Shown piece after piece: positions 27,911 to 36,507 of a DNA stretch of 63,884 nucleotides. The notes below the pieces were generated by a model, which did no database searches, was not told where the DNA came from, and saw only the letters and a program-made list of their open reading frames with translations. The DNA is from a bacterium (GTDB lineage: Bacteria > Verrucomicrobiota > Kiritimatiellia > SPBP01): NCBI GenBank assembly GCA_037135275.1, contig JBAXKQ010000002.1:1-63884 (forward strand). Reading direction: 5' to 3'. The stretch's first letter is position 1. Every line of letters starts with the position of its first letter. Made by a program: the position numbers and the translations under genes.

Positions 27911-28268
27911 CGTTGGTGCGGGCGGCTTCACCCTCATAGAAACACTTGTTTCTGTCACCATCCTCGCTTTCGGCATCGTGGGCGTCATGGCCGCCTTTGA
28001 CGTGTGCATGTCGACCCTGTCTTCGGCAGGGGAACGAATGAGGGCCACAGCCTTCATGAACGAGAAGATCTCCGGCATGGCATGCGGCGGCGAGATGGCG
28101 GCCGGCCAGGCGGCAGGCGCCGGCGACGGATTTGCCTGGCAGGTCGATATTCACCCGGCGGCCCGTCCGTCAGGGGCGGCGGTAAACGAAATCGTGGTGT
28201 CCGCATGGCTGCCGGGCAAGGAAGCCGCGGCCTATTCCCTTTCAACCTACGTCGTGGAAAGTCCATGA
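27882..28268 (+). CDS. Minor pseudopilin (GspI/GspH-like)
   Basis: Leader MTSPTGNRTSVGAGG|FTLIETLVSVTILAFGIVGVMAAF, which is a class III signal with Glu at +5. Small size. Confidence 0.7.
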   Translation: MTSPTGNRTSVGAGGFTLIETLVSVTILAFGIVGVMAAFDVCMSTLSSAGERMRATAFMNEKISGMACGGEMAAGQAAGAGDGFAWQVDIHPAARPSGAAVNEIVVSAWLPGKEAAAYSLSTYVVESP

Positions 28269-28918
28269 GCATGAAGCGTCATGATGGCAAATGCGCTGGG
28301 TTGACCCTGATTGAACTGCTGGTTTCGATCAGTATCCTCTCGGTGGTCGGCGGGGTAATACTGCTGGCCCTGTACTCAGGCATACTCGTGTGGGAAAGGG
28401 CTGGCGGCTACGATGACAAGCGTCTCGAGGCAATGCTGGCGCTTGAGGAGCTGGAAAGGGACGCCAGGAATGCGTTTCCGTTCTACGCCATAGCCTTCCG
28501 CGGCTCAGACTCCGTGGTGGCATTCACCGGTATCACAGAGGAAGACACGGGAGAGGGGCGGGTCCGGCGGTTCTGCGAGATCGAGTACTCGTTCGACTCC
28601 AAGGCCAGTGAACTCAACCGTCGCGTCAATGCCTTTCCCCCGGGGGGTGGCGCGGGGGAAGGAGCTGCAGCCGCGGTCATCACAGGTGTCGATTCCGTGA
28701 AGATCACATATCTTGATCCTCCGGCCACGCCGGGCGGCCCCGCAGTCTGGAATGACGCCTGGAGCAGTCGAAAGAGATTGCCGTCGGCGCTGAGGATCGT
28801 ACTTGAGTTTCGCGGGGAAGGCGGGGGCGGGCCGCTGACCATCCTGAAGACAATCGACCTGCCGGTGAAGACGCCGGCGGAGAAAGAGGATCCCGATGAG
28901 GCCGAAGGCAGTGCATAG
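28265..28918 (+). CDS. Minor pseudopilin (GspJ-like)
   Basis: MSMKRHDGKCAG|LTLIELLVSISILSVVGG. The ATG overlaps the upstream stop (ATGA 28265-28268). Confidence 0.65.
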   Translation: MSMKRHDGKCAGLTLIELLVSISILSVVGGVILLALYSGILVWERAGGYDDKRLEAMLALEELERDARNAFPFYAIAFRGSDSVVAFTGITEEDTGEGRVRRFCEIEYSFDSKASELNRRVNAFPPGGGAGEGAAAAVITGVDSVKITYLDPPATPGGPAVWNDAWSSRKRLPSALRIVLEFRGEGGGGPLTILKTIDLPVKTPAEKEDPDEAEGSA

Positions 28919-29954
28919 AGGCGGGCAGCGGTCGGGCGGGAGCGTTCTGATCGTTTCGCTGTGGACGGTGCTCCTGCTCGGCCTCATGGCGGCTGCGCTG
29001 TGCGCGCATGTGTCGAACCGCGCGGCAGCGGCCTGGGATGTCGCCAACAGGGCGGTGTGCTACCGGGCGGCGAGAGCCGGCGTGGCTGCGGCCGTGGCGG
29101 AGGTCCGGCACGGCACCAACGCGGAGAGCGGCGCGCTGTCCGCGTGGAATAACAATCCGGCAGGCATGAAAGACATTCCCGTGGGTGGCGGTGTGTTCAC
29201 TGTGCACCACACTGTTGGCGATGCCGGCGGTGTTGTGCACACGAACTATGGCGTGGCCGATGAATGCGGCAGGATCAACATCAACGGGATAACCAACGAG
29301 GTGACCTGCTGGCTTGTAACGTCGCTCCTCAGGGATGCGGCCTGCCTGAGCGACCAGGATGCGGAGAAGCTTGCGGCTTCAATTGCGGACTGGATCGACG
29401 AAGACGGGCAGGCGAGGGACGGCGGGAGCGAGGTCGGGCCGAACACGGCACTCGATGGGGCGTACGCCGTCCACAACGGGAGGATCACCATCCTCGAGGA
29501 GCTTCTCCTGGTGCGGGGAATGGATACGAACATCTTCTCCGCCATTGCCGACCACCTGACTATTCACGGCACTAACACCGGTGTGAACTTGAACACGGCC
29601 GACTATGCGGTGCTCCGGGCCCTGGCACTTGCGAGGAATGGCGCCCAGGATGCCGACGCGGAGGGGCTGGTGAAACGTATTGTTGAGTTCAGGGATGCGG
29701 GGAATGTCCTGCAAACGCTCGATAAGCGCGCGATCAGAAAGCAGCTCTTCGGGGAAGGGGAGATGTCCGCATCGCAGCGCGGCCAGTGGACGATACTTGA
29801 GTGGTTGCTGAATCATCACCTCATAGCTGTACAGGCCGGGTATTTCTGTGGTATATCCACGGGTCGATTGCCTGATGGGGCCGCAGTGGAGAGACGGATT
29901 GCCTTTGTGTTCGATGGCACGACTGGGGAAATGAAGGCCTGGCATGAAGAATAG
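28896..29954 (+). CDS. gspK: GspK-like minor pseudopilin (T2SS protein K family)
   Basis: GSVLIVSLWTVLLLGLMAAAL N-terminus without Glu at +5, ...DECGRININGI..., and helix-hairpin-helix-like LNTADYAVLRAL. 352 aa. Confidence 0.7.
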   Translation: MRPKAVHRGGQRSGGSVLIVSLWTVLLLGLMAAALCAHVSNRAAAAWDVANRAVCYRAARAGVAAAVAEVRHGTNAESGALSAWNNNPAGMKDIPVGGGVFTVHHTVGDAGGVVHTNYGVADECGRININGITNEVTCWLVTSLLRDAACLSDQDAEKLAASIADWIDEDGQARDGGSEVGPNTALDGAYAVHNGRITILEELLLVRGMDTNIFSAIADHLTIHGTNTGVNLNTADYAVLRALALARNGAQDADAEGLVKRIVEFRDAGNVLQTLDKRAIRKQLFGEGEMSASQRGQWTILEWLLNHHLIAVQAGYFCGISTGRLPDGAAVERRIAFVFDGTTGEMKAWHEE

Positions 29955-31392
29955 CCGATGGGCAAAGTGTGTAACCATTGCTGAAGCGGGGAACGACCGG
30001 ATCAAGCTGATCCAGGCCACGCGAGACCGTGACGGGGTTACACTCACCAGGGTGTTCGTCAGGAAGTTTGAATCCGTTGACGATGAGTTCATGCGTGGCC
30101 TGGCCGCCGACATCCACAAGCTCCGGCTCGGCAACAACCCGGTGCTGGCCTGCCTTCCCAGGCAGGTCGTAAATGTGCGGCTTCTCGAGGTCCCTTCCAC
30201 AGATCCTTCCGAAATCTCCGGCATGGTCGAGCTGCAGGTCGGGAAGCAGACGCCGTACTCCCGCGACGAGATTGTTGCCGACTACAGGGTGATAGGCGCC
30301 GGTCGTGAGGGGCACACGAGGATAATGCTCATCATGGTGCAGCAGAGCATCATGCGGCAGCGTTTCCGGCTTCTCGAGGAAGCCGGCCTGGAGGTTACCG
30401 GGATGACCGTCAGCTCCGAGGGGATGCTGAACTGGTACAAAATGATCCAGGCCGGGCGGACAGGGAAGGGCGGCGTTGTCCTGCTGGACGTGGATAGCGG
30501 CTATTCCGACCTCGGGATTGTGGTGAAAGGCCAGCTCGTCCTCACGAAGAGCATTCTTGTCGGGGCGCGCCAGCTTGAGCAGGCCCCCGAGAAGTGGCGC
30601 GAGACCCTGGCCCGCGAGATCGAGAACGCCATTGATGCGTACCGCGGCGAGGCCGGGGCCAACGCGCCGATCGAGAGTCTCGTGGTCTCCGGGGCGGAAG
30701 CCGGCATCGCGGGCCTGGATGCGGTGCTTGGAGAGCGCCTCAAGCTTGCGGCCCAGTCGCTGGATTCTCTCCAGAATGTCAAGAAGGGGCCCGGCCTGCC
30801 GGACCTGAAATCAGAAACCTGCAGGGGTGTCTCTCTCACGCCGCTTGTGAGCATGGCACTTGATCCCGGCGCCATGGAGTTCTCGCTGGTTCCGGAGCCG
30901 GTAAAGATGCGACGCGACCTGGAGGTGAAGGCCAGGGGCTTGACCGCCATGGGGACGCTGGTCCTGACTGTGGGTGTGCTGTTGTCGGTCATGGCAATTG
31001 TGCTGATGCACCAGCGGCTCGAGGTGGTGATGGACCTGCGCGCCCGGCTGAATGAGACTGAGGCGCAGGTGGCAAAAGTCAACCGGATGAGCGATACGAT
31101 CGGGACAATCATGGCGCGGCTTGACAGCACCCGCGCGCCGGTGAACATCCTGCTTGAGCTTGCCAGGCAAACACCGCCTGCGGTTGTGTATGATTCAATC
31201 GGATTTGAAAGTGAAGTCAGCCTGATTCTCAAGGGTCGCGCCCGCTCATTCCCCGATGTGGACCTGCTCAGGCAGAACCTCGAGCTCAGCAGCGTCATCT
31301 ATCCAAATGTTGTGAGCAGGCAACAGAGAATCGATTCCAAGACCGGCATGGTGGAGTTTGAACTGGCCTGTCTGGCCACAAAGGAGCCGTGA
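29944..31392 (+). CDS. PilM/GspL-like cytoplasmic actin-fold domain fused to a PilN-like TM + periplasmic domain
   Basis: 482 aa. Soluble N-terminal ~310 aa, TM LTAMGTLVLTVGVLLSVMAIVLM, then a coiled segment and a ~100-aa C-terminal domain. Its position after the pseudopilins matches the pilMNO/gspLM slot. Confidence 0.6.
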   Translation: MKNSRWAKCVTIAEAGNDRIKLIQATRDRDGVTLTRVFVRKFESVDDEFMRGLAADIHKLRLGNNPVLACLPRQVVNVRLLEVPSTDPSEISGMVELQVGKQTPYSRDEIVADYRVIGAGREGHTRIMLIMVQQSIMRQRFRLLEEAGLEVTGMTVSSEGMLNWYKMIQAGRTGKGGVVLLDVDSGYSDLGIVVKGQLVLTKSILVGARQLEQAPEKWRETLAREIENAIDAYRGEAGANAPIESLVVSGAEAGIAGLDAVLGERLKLAAQSLDSLQNVKKGPGLPDLKSETCRGVSLTPLVSMALDPGAMEFSLVPEPVKMRRDLEVKARGLTAMGTLVLTVGVLLSVMAIVLMHQRLEVVMDLRARLNETEAQVAKVNRMSDTIGTIMARLDSTRAPVNILLELARQTPPAVVYDSIGFESEVSLILKGRARSFPDVDLLRQNLELSSVIYPNVVSRQQRIDSKTGMVEFELACLATKEP

Positions 31393-31937
31393 TGGCGTTC
31401 GTCAACCTGGACAAACTGCTTCCCCGCGAGAGAATGATGCTTGCGCTGTGCTGCCTGGCGGTCCTTCTGGCTTTTGGCAACTGGGCCGTGGTGCGCCGCC
31501 TGCACACAAGGCTGGCGGACCTGTCGGCTGTTATCAGGGATGATTCCAAGCGGCTCGAGCAGAACTATTCCATAATCGCCAAGACCGACGAGGTGCAGGC
31601 GAAGTTCGACAGCATCAAGGCTCACATCCCCGCTGTGCCGGCAATCAAACCGACCGATGCGCTGTCCACCGAGATTGAACAGATGGCGGCACGGTGCGGG
31701 GTCAGTCTTCTGGACAGGAAGCCACAGGAGTCCGTGCGGACGGGATGTTTTGAGCAGTCCAGCGTACGGTTTGAAGTGGTCGGTGACCAGGAAGGTCTGA
31801 TGAAGCTGCTGTGTCGTATCGAGGCGTCACCCCAGTTGCTGCGCATCGGCAGGCTGGACCTTACGCGGAATCCCAAGGCCGGCTCTTTTCCCCTCAAGGC
31901 GATTCTGAACGTCACGGCTATTGCCGAGGCCCCCTGA
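31389..31937 (+). CDS. PilO/GspM-like bitopic assembly protein
   Basis: 182 aa. N-terminal TM MMLALCCLAVLLAFGNWAVV, a coiled region and a C-terminal ferredoxin-like-sized domain. ATGA-type overlap with the upstream gene (31389-31392). Confidence 0.5.
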   Translation: MMAFVNLDKLLPRERMMLALCCLAVLLAFGNWAVVRRLHTRLADLSAVIRDDSKRLEQNYSIIAKTDEVQAKFDSIKAHIPAVPAIKPTDALSTEIEQMAARCGVSLLDRKPQESVRTGCFEQSSVRFEVVGDQEGLMKLLCRIEASPQLLRIGRLDLTRNPKAGSFPLKAILNVTAIAEAP

Positions 31938-31965
31938 GTCACGCTTCGGGATGGCAAGTGCTCTC

Positions 31966-32742
31966 TCAGGCTGCCCCGTTTCCAAGTGGCAGCAGTTCCA
32001 GCGCGATTGACCGCCCGGCGGGCAGGGCCTGCACGTGGTAGTCCAGGAACATCCCGAGAATCCTCTCGATATCCACCAGCCGCCCCGGAAGGCACTTCAT
32101 CGGCACGACGTCCGCCGGGCGGTCCGCAGTCTGCCACGCCTGCATTGTGGAGAGGACCCCGGCGTCGAGCGGGGCGGACTGCGCGGGGTTTGTCACGGCG
32201 CATGACGGGCATACTATCCCCCCGGCATCGCACGAGAACCTGAAGTCGCCCTGCGTGGTGGCGGCTGCGCCGCACCTTGTGCAGCCGGACAACCTCGGGG
32301 AGAATCCGGCTATTCCCGTTGACCTCAGTTCGAACCATGACACAAGAGACCTCGTTGTTCCGTTCGCGCAGAGGAACGAAAGGCTTGCCTCCAGCAGCCG
32401 GAAGAACTGCGGACTTGGTGAGTGTGGCGGAGTCATGCGCGAAACGAGGTCGCAGAAGTACGATGCGCATACTGCCGACCGCCAGTTGCCGCGAAGTTGT
32501 GACCGGGTTTCGATGGGGGAGCATTCGCGGATGATGTGGATGCCGTTCCTGTCGCGGGAATAGAAGAGAAGTTCACAGGTGTAGAAGAGGTCGTACTGCC
32601 CCAGGAATGCGCTTTTGACGCGCTGTGCGCCTTTTACCAGCGTGGTCACCTTTCCGAAGTCAGAGGTGAACCACGTCACAATGTGGGACGTTCTTGAGAA
32701 TGGCGAAACCCGGAGGACAATCCCGGTGGTCTTCTCTATCAT
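31966..32742 (-). CDS. recO: DNA repair protein RecO
   Basis: MIEKTTGIVLRVSPFSRTSHIVTWFTSDFGKVTTLVKGAQR (OB-fold N-terminus), plus Cys pairs CTRCG...CPSC. The start at 32742 overlaps the ybeY stop. Confidence 0.85.
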   Translation of the reverse strand: MIEKTTGIVLRVSPFSRTSHIVTWFTSDFGKVTTLVKGAQRVKSAFLGQYDLFYTCELLFYSRDRNGIHIIRECSPIETRSQLRGNWRSAVCASYFCDLVSRMTPPHSPSPQFFRLLEASLSFLCANGTTRSLVSWFELRSTGIAGFSPRLSGCTRCGAAATTQGDFRFSCDAGGIVCPSCAVTNPAQSAPLDAGVLSTMQAWQTADRPADVVPMKCLPGRLVDIERILGMFLDYHVQALPAGRSIALELLPLGNGAA

Positions 32743-33239
32743 CGTGAACCTTTGCGTGTGCGGCGGGCGCCCGTAATGAGGGGCTTCCGGAGGAGGCCCG
32801 CGGCTGCCGCCGTCCTGAGCCAGCGCAGTTCCCGGCGACGCATTCTGGCATAACCGGCAGCGGTGGCGTCGTCTTCGCCGGAGAGATGGTCGCACCCGTG
32901 CGCGATATAGAGGGCCAGTTCCCGCGAACAGTTTCCGCGGGCCGCCTTGCTTTCCACTGCCTGCTCAACATTGACAAAGACCTCGCCGGATGCAGGGGCG
33001 TCATCGCCGGGAATCGGCAGATACCTGAACGATATTACATCAGTGGTGTCCGGAGAATCCAGAAACCGCATATTGATTCGCCTGATGCCAGGGGTGTCGG
33101 TGAGAACGAGCGACACCTCGCTCCATTTTGTGCCCGGGTCAGCCTTCTGCAGGTTCTCCGCCATCCTGGAGAGGAAGCGGGTTATCCGGCCGATGTCCAG
33201 CCCGAAGGACTTCTGGGTGTTTGTTATTAGGATCTTCAT
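32739..33239 (-). CDS. ybeY: Endoribonuclease YbeY (rRNA maturation factor), variant metal motif
   Basis: MKILITNTQKSF...VSLVLTDTPGIRRINMRFLDSPDTTDVISF...FVNVEQA...YIAHGCDHLSGEDD (cf. HGxLHLxGYDH). ATG at 33239. Confidence 0.75.
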   Translation of the reverse strand: MKILITNTQKSFGLDIGRITRFLSRMAENLQKADPGTKWSEVSLVLTDTPGIRRINMRFLDSPDTTDVISFRYLPIPGDDAPASGEVFVNVEQAVESKAARGNCSRELALYIAHGCDHLSGEDDATAAGYARMRRRELRWLRTAAAAGLLRKPLITGARRTRKGSR

Positions 33240-33299
33240 GGTATCGGGTCCGGTCCGGCGGTCTTGATTGCAGCAGACAGCTTCGTGTATATTCCAGAC

Positions 33300-34463
33300 A
33301 TGAGCGGTAAAACAGTAGCAGGTGGGGAGTCCAGGGGCAAGGCGACAAACGCCGCTCCGCATGGCAACGTATACCTCATCGGCGGCGATGACGAGTACCA
33401 GGCAAGTGCGCGGGCCAGGGAAATTGTCGATGCCCTGGTGCCGGCCGACCAGCAGGCTCTTGGCCTTGAGATCATTGAAGGCCGCACCGTCAACGCGGAC
33501 GAGTCCATGCGCTGCCTGAGGAAATGCATGGAAGCGCTCCAGACCATGGCCTTCATGGGGGGAGGAAAGGTTGTCTGGTTGAGGGATGCCGACTTCTTTT
33601 CGGTGGGGTCAAAGGCAAGGTCGGCGGACATGCAGCCTCTGGTCGACAGCCTTGTCGCGCTGATTGGCGCCGGGCTGCAGCCGGGGCACAAACTTCTCAT
33701 TACCATGGCCAAGCTTGACGGGAGATCTGCTCTCTACAAGGTCTGCGAGCGATGCGGTGAGGTGCTCGAGTTCTCCACCGTGGAAAAGCCTTGGGAGGTC
33801 GGCCGCCAGGCAGAGGATGTTGCGACAAAGGCATTCAAGAAGGCCGGCGCTACCGTCGGAAGGGACACGGTGCAGGCCCTCGTCGAGCGGGCCGGTTATG
33901 ACACCCGACAGATCACGAACGAGGTCGAAAAGCTCATGATCTATGCCGGTGCGCGCCGCGAGGTGACAAGGGCGGACGTCCTGGCCCTCGTTCCGGCCGT
34001 AAGAGAGACGGCCGCGTGGGATTTCGCCGACACGGTCATGGAGAGGGATCTGTCAAAGGCATCGAGGGTGCTTCGCCAGCTCATATTCCAGAAAGAAGCG
34101 CCGATCGGACTTGTTGCCGGGCTGGAAAAGAGAGTTGCGCTGCTCATTGTGCTGCGGACGGCCCTCGACCGGGGCTGGCTCAAGGTGCAGAAGAGGGGGT
34201 CGTGGGCCGACGCGATCTGGAAATCAGCTGACCCGGCGATGGAAAAGGCGCTTGGGTGTCTTGGCAAGGACGACCCGCGCACGATGAAGCCTTTCCGGGT
34301 CTGCAAGCTTGCGGAGCAGGCGGAGAGGTTCGCCATCGCGGAGCTTGTCAAAGCGAGGGGACTTGTCGGGGGGGCAAGGGAACAACTGGTATCGTCCGGG
34401 ATTCCAGGGCCGCTGGTGTTGGAGTTGCTCCTGATCGCCATTCTCGGGAAGCGGCCGCTGTGA
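33300..34463 (+). CDS. holA: DNA polymerase III delta subunit (HolA)
   Basis: VYLIGGDDEYQASARAREIVDAL..., YKVCERCGEVLEF..., TRQITNEVEKLMIYAG. Length and layout are typical of HolA. ATG 33300 is preferred over TTG 33264. Confidence 0.7.
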   Translation: MSGKTVAGGESRGKATNAAPHGNVYLIGGDDEYQASARAREIVDALVPADQQALGLEIIEGRTVNADESMRCLRKCMEALQTMAFMGGGKVVWLRDADFFSVGSKARSADMQPLVDSLVALIGAGLQPGHKLLITMAKLDGRSALYKVCERCGEVLEFSTVEKPWEVGRQAEDVATKAFKKAGATVGRDTVQALVERAGYDTRQITNEVEKLMIYAGARREVTRADVLALVPAVRETAAWDFADTVMERDLSKASRVLRQLIFQKEAPIGLVAGLEKRVALLIVLRTALDRGWLKVQKRGSWADAIWKSADPAMEKALGCLGKDDPRTMKPFRVCKLAEQAERFAIAELVKARGLVGGAREQLVSSGIPGPLVLELLLIAILGKRPL

Positions 34464-34653
34464 CAGCCGCAGCCGCACGATTTGTGAGCGAGGCCCCGTT
34501 GTTGATGCGAGGCTGTGCGAGAAAAAGCTTGTGAGCCGGGTGAGTCCCAAATAGTATGTCCGCCCGTTGTACCTGTTCTCCTGGCGGAGCCGGTGAAGGT
34601 CAGGTGTGGTGGGTTCCAGCGAAGCTACGGAATTGATCAATAGGGAGCTGTTG

Positions 34654-35004
34654 ATGAAGTCAGGGCCTTATTTTGTTGTCTTGCTTCTTGGTGTCGCCTG
34701 CGTTTCGCTGGCGGTCGCGCTGATGGTCGTGGCAAGGTCAAATCAGAAACTACAGGCCAGGCTGCAGCTCCAGCAACAGGCGCTGAGCCAGGGCATTCTC
34801 GGCCCGCGGGCCCAGCAGATAAGCAGTGGAGTTCTACTGGATCTTGTCAGTGCGGCTGAGGGTGGAAACACCGCGATACGGGACCTGCTGCAAAAGCACG
34901 GATACAATGTGCCTGCTTCCAAAACTTTGGCACCGGCTGCGGCCGCGGATGTCAAGCAGGTGGAGAAGAATACCACTACCGTGACGGAGGTGCCCAAGCA
35001 ATGA
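34654..35004 (+). CDS. Small bitopic membrane protein (116 aa), paralogue of the next gene
   Basis: AGGGAG lies 6 nt upstream of ATG 34654. TM YFVVLLLGVACVSLAVALMVV, a Q-rich coil, and ...VLLDLVSAAEGGNTAIRDLLQKHGYNV. Confidence 0.55.
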   Translation: MKSGPYFVVLLLGVACVSLAVALMVVARSNQKLQARLQLQQQALSQGILGPRAQQISSGVLLDLVSAAEGGNTAIRDLLQKHGYNVPASKTLAPAAAADVKQVEKNTTTVTEVPKQ

Positions 35005-35369
35005 GCCACCGCGAAGAAAAACCAAGTGTTTTCACGCCGTTCTGGCCACTGGTCCTGCTTTCTGTAAGCCTTGCTTTGTTCCTCGGCTGGCAGGTCGCCA
35101 TGGCAATGGTGCAGCAAATCGATTTGATCAGGCTTCAGGACAGGCAGGCTGTCCTGAGCAGCCAGGCCGCCCAGGCGGAGACAAAGCTCGAGTCGGTCAT
35201 TTTCGACTTACTCAGCCTTTCGAAAACCGATAGTGACGCAAAAGCTGTTGTTGAGAAGTACGGCATCAAGTTCAACCCCGAGGCGGCCTCATCCGGAACA
35301 CCTAAGAATGGTGCCGGGGAGGGTAAGACCGCGGGTTTGCCGTCAGAGAGCGCTGAAACTGCCGAGTAG
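35001..35369 (+). CDS. Small bitopic membrane protein (122 aa), paralogue of the previous gene
   Basis: ATGA overlap at 35001-35004. TM FWPLVLLSVSLALFLGWQV, a coil, and ...VIFDLLSLSKTDSDAKAVVEKYGIKFN. Confidence 0.55.
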   Translation: MSHREEKPSVFTPFWPLVLLSVSLALFLGWQVAMAMVQQIDLIRLQDRQAVLSSQAAQAETKLESVIFDLLSLSKTDSDAKAVVEKYGIKFNPEAASSGTPKNGAGEGKTAGLPSESAETAE

Positions 35370-35380
35370 CGGCATGCATT

Positions 35381-35456
35381 GCCAACGTAGCTCAGCTGGT
35401 AGAGCAGGTCATTCGTAATGATCAGGTCGTCGGTTCAATCCCGACCGTTGGCTCCA
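35381..35456 (+). tRNA. tRNA-Thr (anticodon CGU), CCA encoded
   Basis: Manual cloverleaf: acceptor GCCAACG/CGTTGGC, D stem GCTC/GAGC, anticodon stem GGTCA/TGATC with loop TT-CGT-AA, T arm GTCGG-TTCAATC-CCGAC, discriminator T, then CCA. Confidence 0.9.
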
Positions 35457-35485
35457 GAAGTCCCACCCGAACAATTCCGCCGTGT

Positions 35486-36349
35486 CTACCGGCCCATGAA
35501 CTTGTAGCTCAGCAGCTTGTAGACAAGCTTCGCTGCCAGGAAATCGGGAGCCTTGTTGTGATTTGAGGGGCAGAGTTCGACAACATCGCAGCCAACGACA
35601 TTTCGTCGCTCGAACACCGTCCGGAGGAGCTGGAGGACCTGGTACCAGCCCAGTCCGCCGGGCTCAGGGGTGCCGGTGGATGGCACCAGTGACGGGTCAA
35701 ACACGTCCAGGTCCACGGTGATATAGACGTTCCTGCTGAGCAGGGGCAGGACTCTTCGTATCCAGGCGGCATCACTCTTCATGGCGCAGATCCTCTCAGC
35801 CAGGAAGACCCGTTCTTCGTCCATGTTCGCAATCTCGGCGGATGCGATGCTCCTGATTCCCACCTGCACAATCGGGCACACTTTGCCAACCTTGTTCATG
35901 ACGCAGGCGTGGTTGTACTCAGACCCGTGGTATTCGTCCTGCAGGTCAAGGTGGGCATCCAGCTGGAGGACGGAAAGGTTTTTGAAAGACTCAGCATGGG
36001 CCCAAGCGGCCCCGATGCTTACGGAGTGCTCGCCGCCAATCACCACTGGGAATTTGCCTTTAGCCAGGTGGTTCCGGACACGCTTCTGTACAGCCGATAC
36101 CATCATGGCTGGTGATGAGTCCTCGGTGACGGGGCGATCGGTAAAGATTCCCTTCCCGCTGACTTCGTAGCCGGTCTCAATATCATACAGCTCAATGTGG
36201 GTTGAAGCCTCCAACAGTGCTGTTGGCCCCTTGTCGGCGCCCTTGATCCAGGTGCTTGTGCCGTCGTAGGGCACGGGGATGATCACGGCCGCAGCCTTTT
36301 CCAGCGCATCACGCCCCGAAGGCTGGTTGGCGAAGAGGTGACCGGACAT
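35486..36349 (-). CDS. speB: Agmatinase / ureohydrolase family protein
   Basis: GGEHSVSIG, LQLDAHLDLQDEY, ITVDLDVFDPSLVPSTGTPEPGGL (Mn-binding arginase-fold motifs). ATG 36349 is preceded by GGAGG. Confidence 0.8.
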   Translation of the reverse strand: MSGHLFANQPSGRDALEKAAAVIIPVPYDGTSTWIKGADKGPTALLEASTHIELYDIETGYEVSGKGIFTDRPVTEDSSPAMMVSAVQKRVRNHLAKGKFPVVIGGEHSVSIGAAWAHAESFKNLSVLQLDAHLDLQDEYHGSEYNHACVMNKVGKVCPIVQVGIRSIASAEIANMDEERVFLAERICAMKSDAAWIRRVLPLLSRNVYITVDLDVFDPSLVPSTGTPEPGGLGWYQVLQLLRTVFERRNVVGCDVVELCPSNHNKAPDFLAAKLVYKLLSYKFMGR

Positions 36350-36507
36350 AGAAGTGTTCCTCCAGCAGTTTGGCCAATGGTTCTGGATCGGTCGGCGCTT
36401 GCCCGCCCAAACAACCGATGAACCGCATATAGGCGAAAACTCCCGTTCTGTCAATCATTTACCCCATTTACCCTTTGTTCAGGCCGAAAAAGGGGTATCA
36501 TTTCTCC

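Noticed and set aside
31622-32524. 300-aa minus-strand ORF overlapping the PilO-like and recO genes
   Set aside because: It is in a different frame from recO, has an Arg/Pro-rich translation, and overlaps two well-supported genes.
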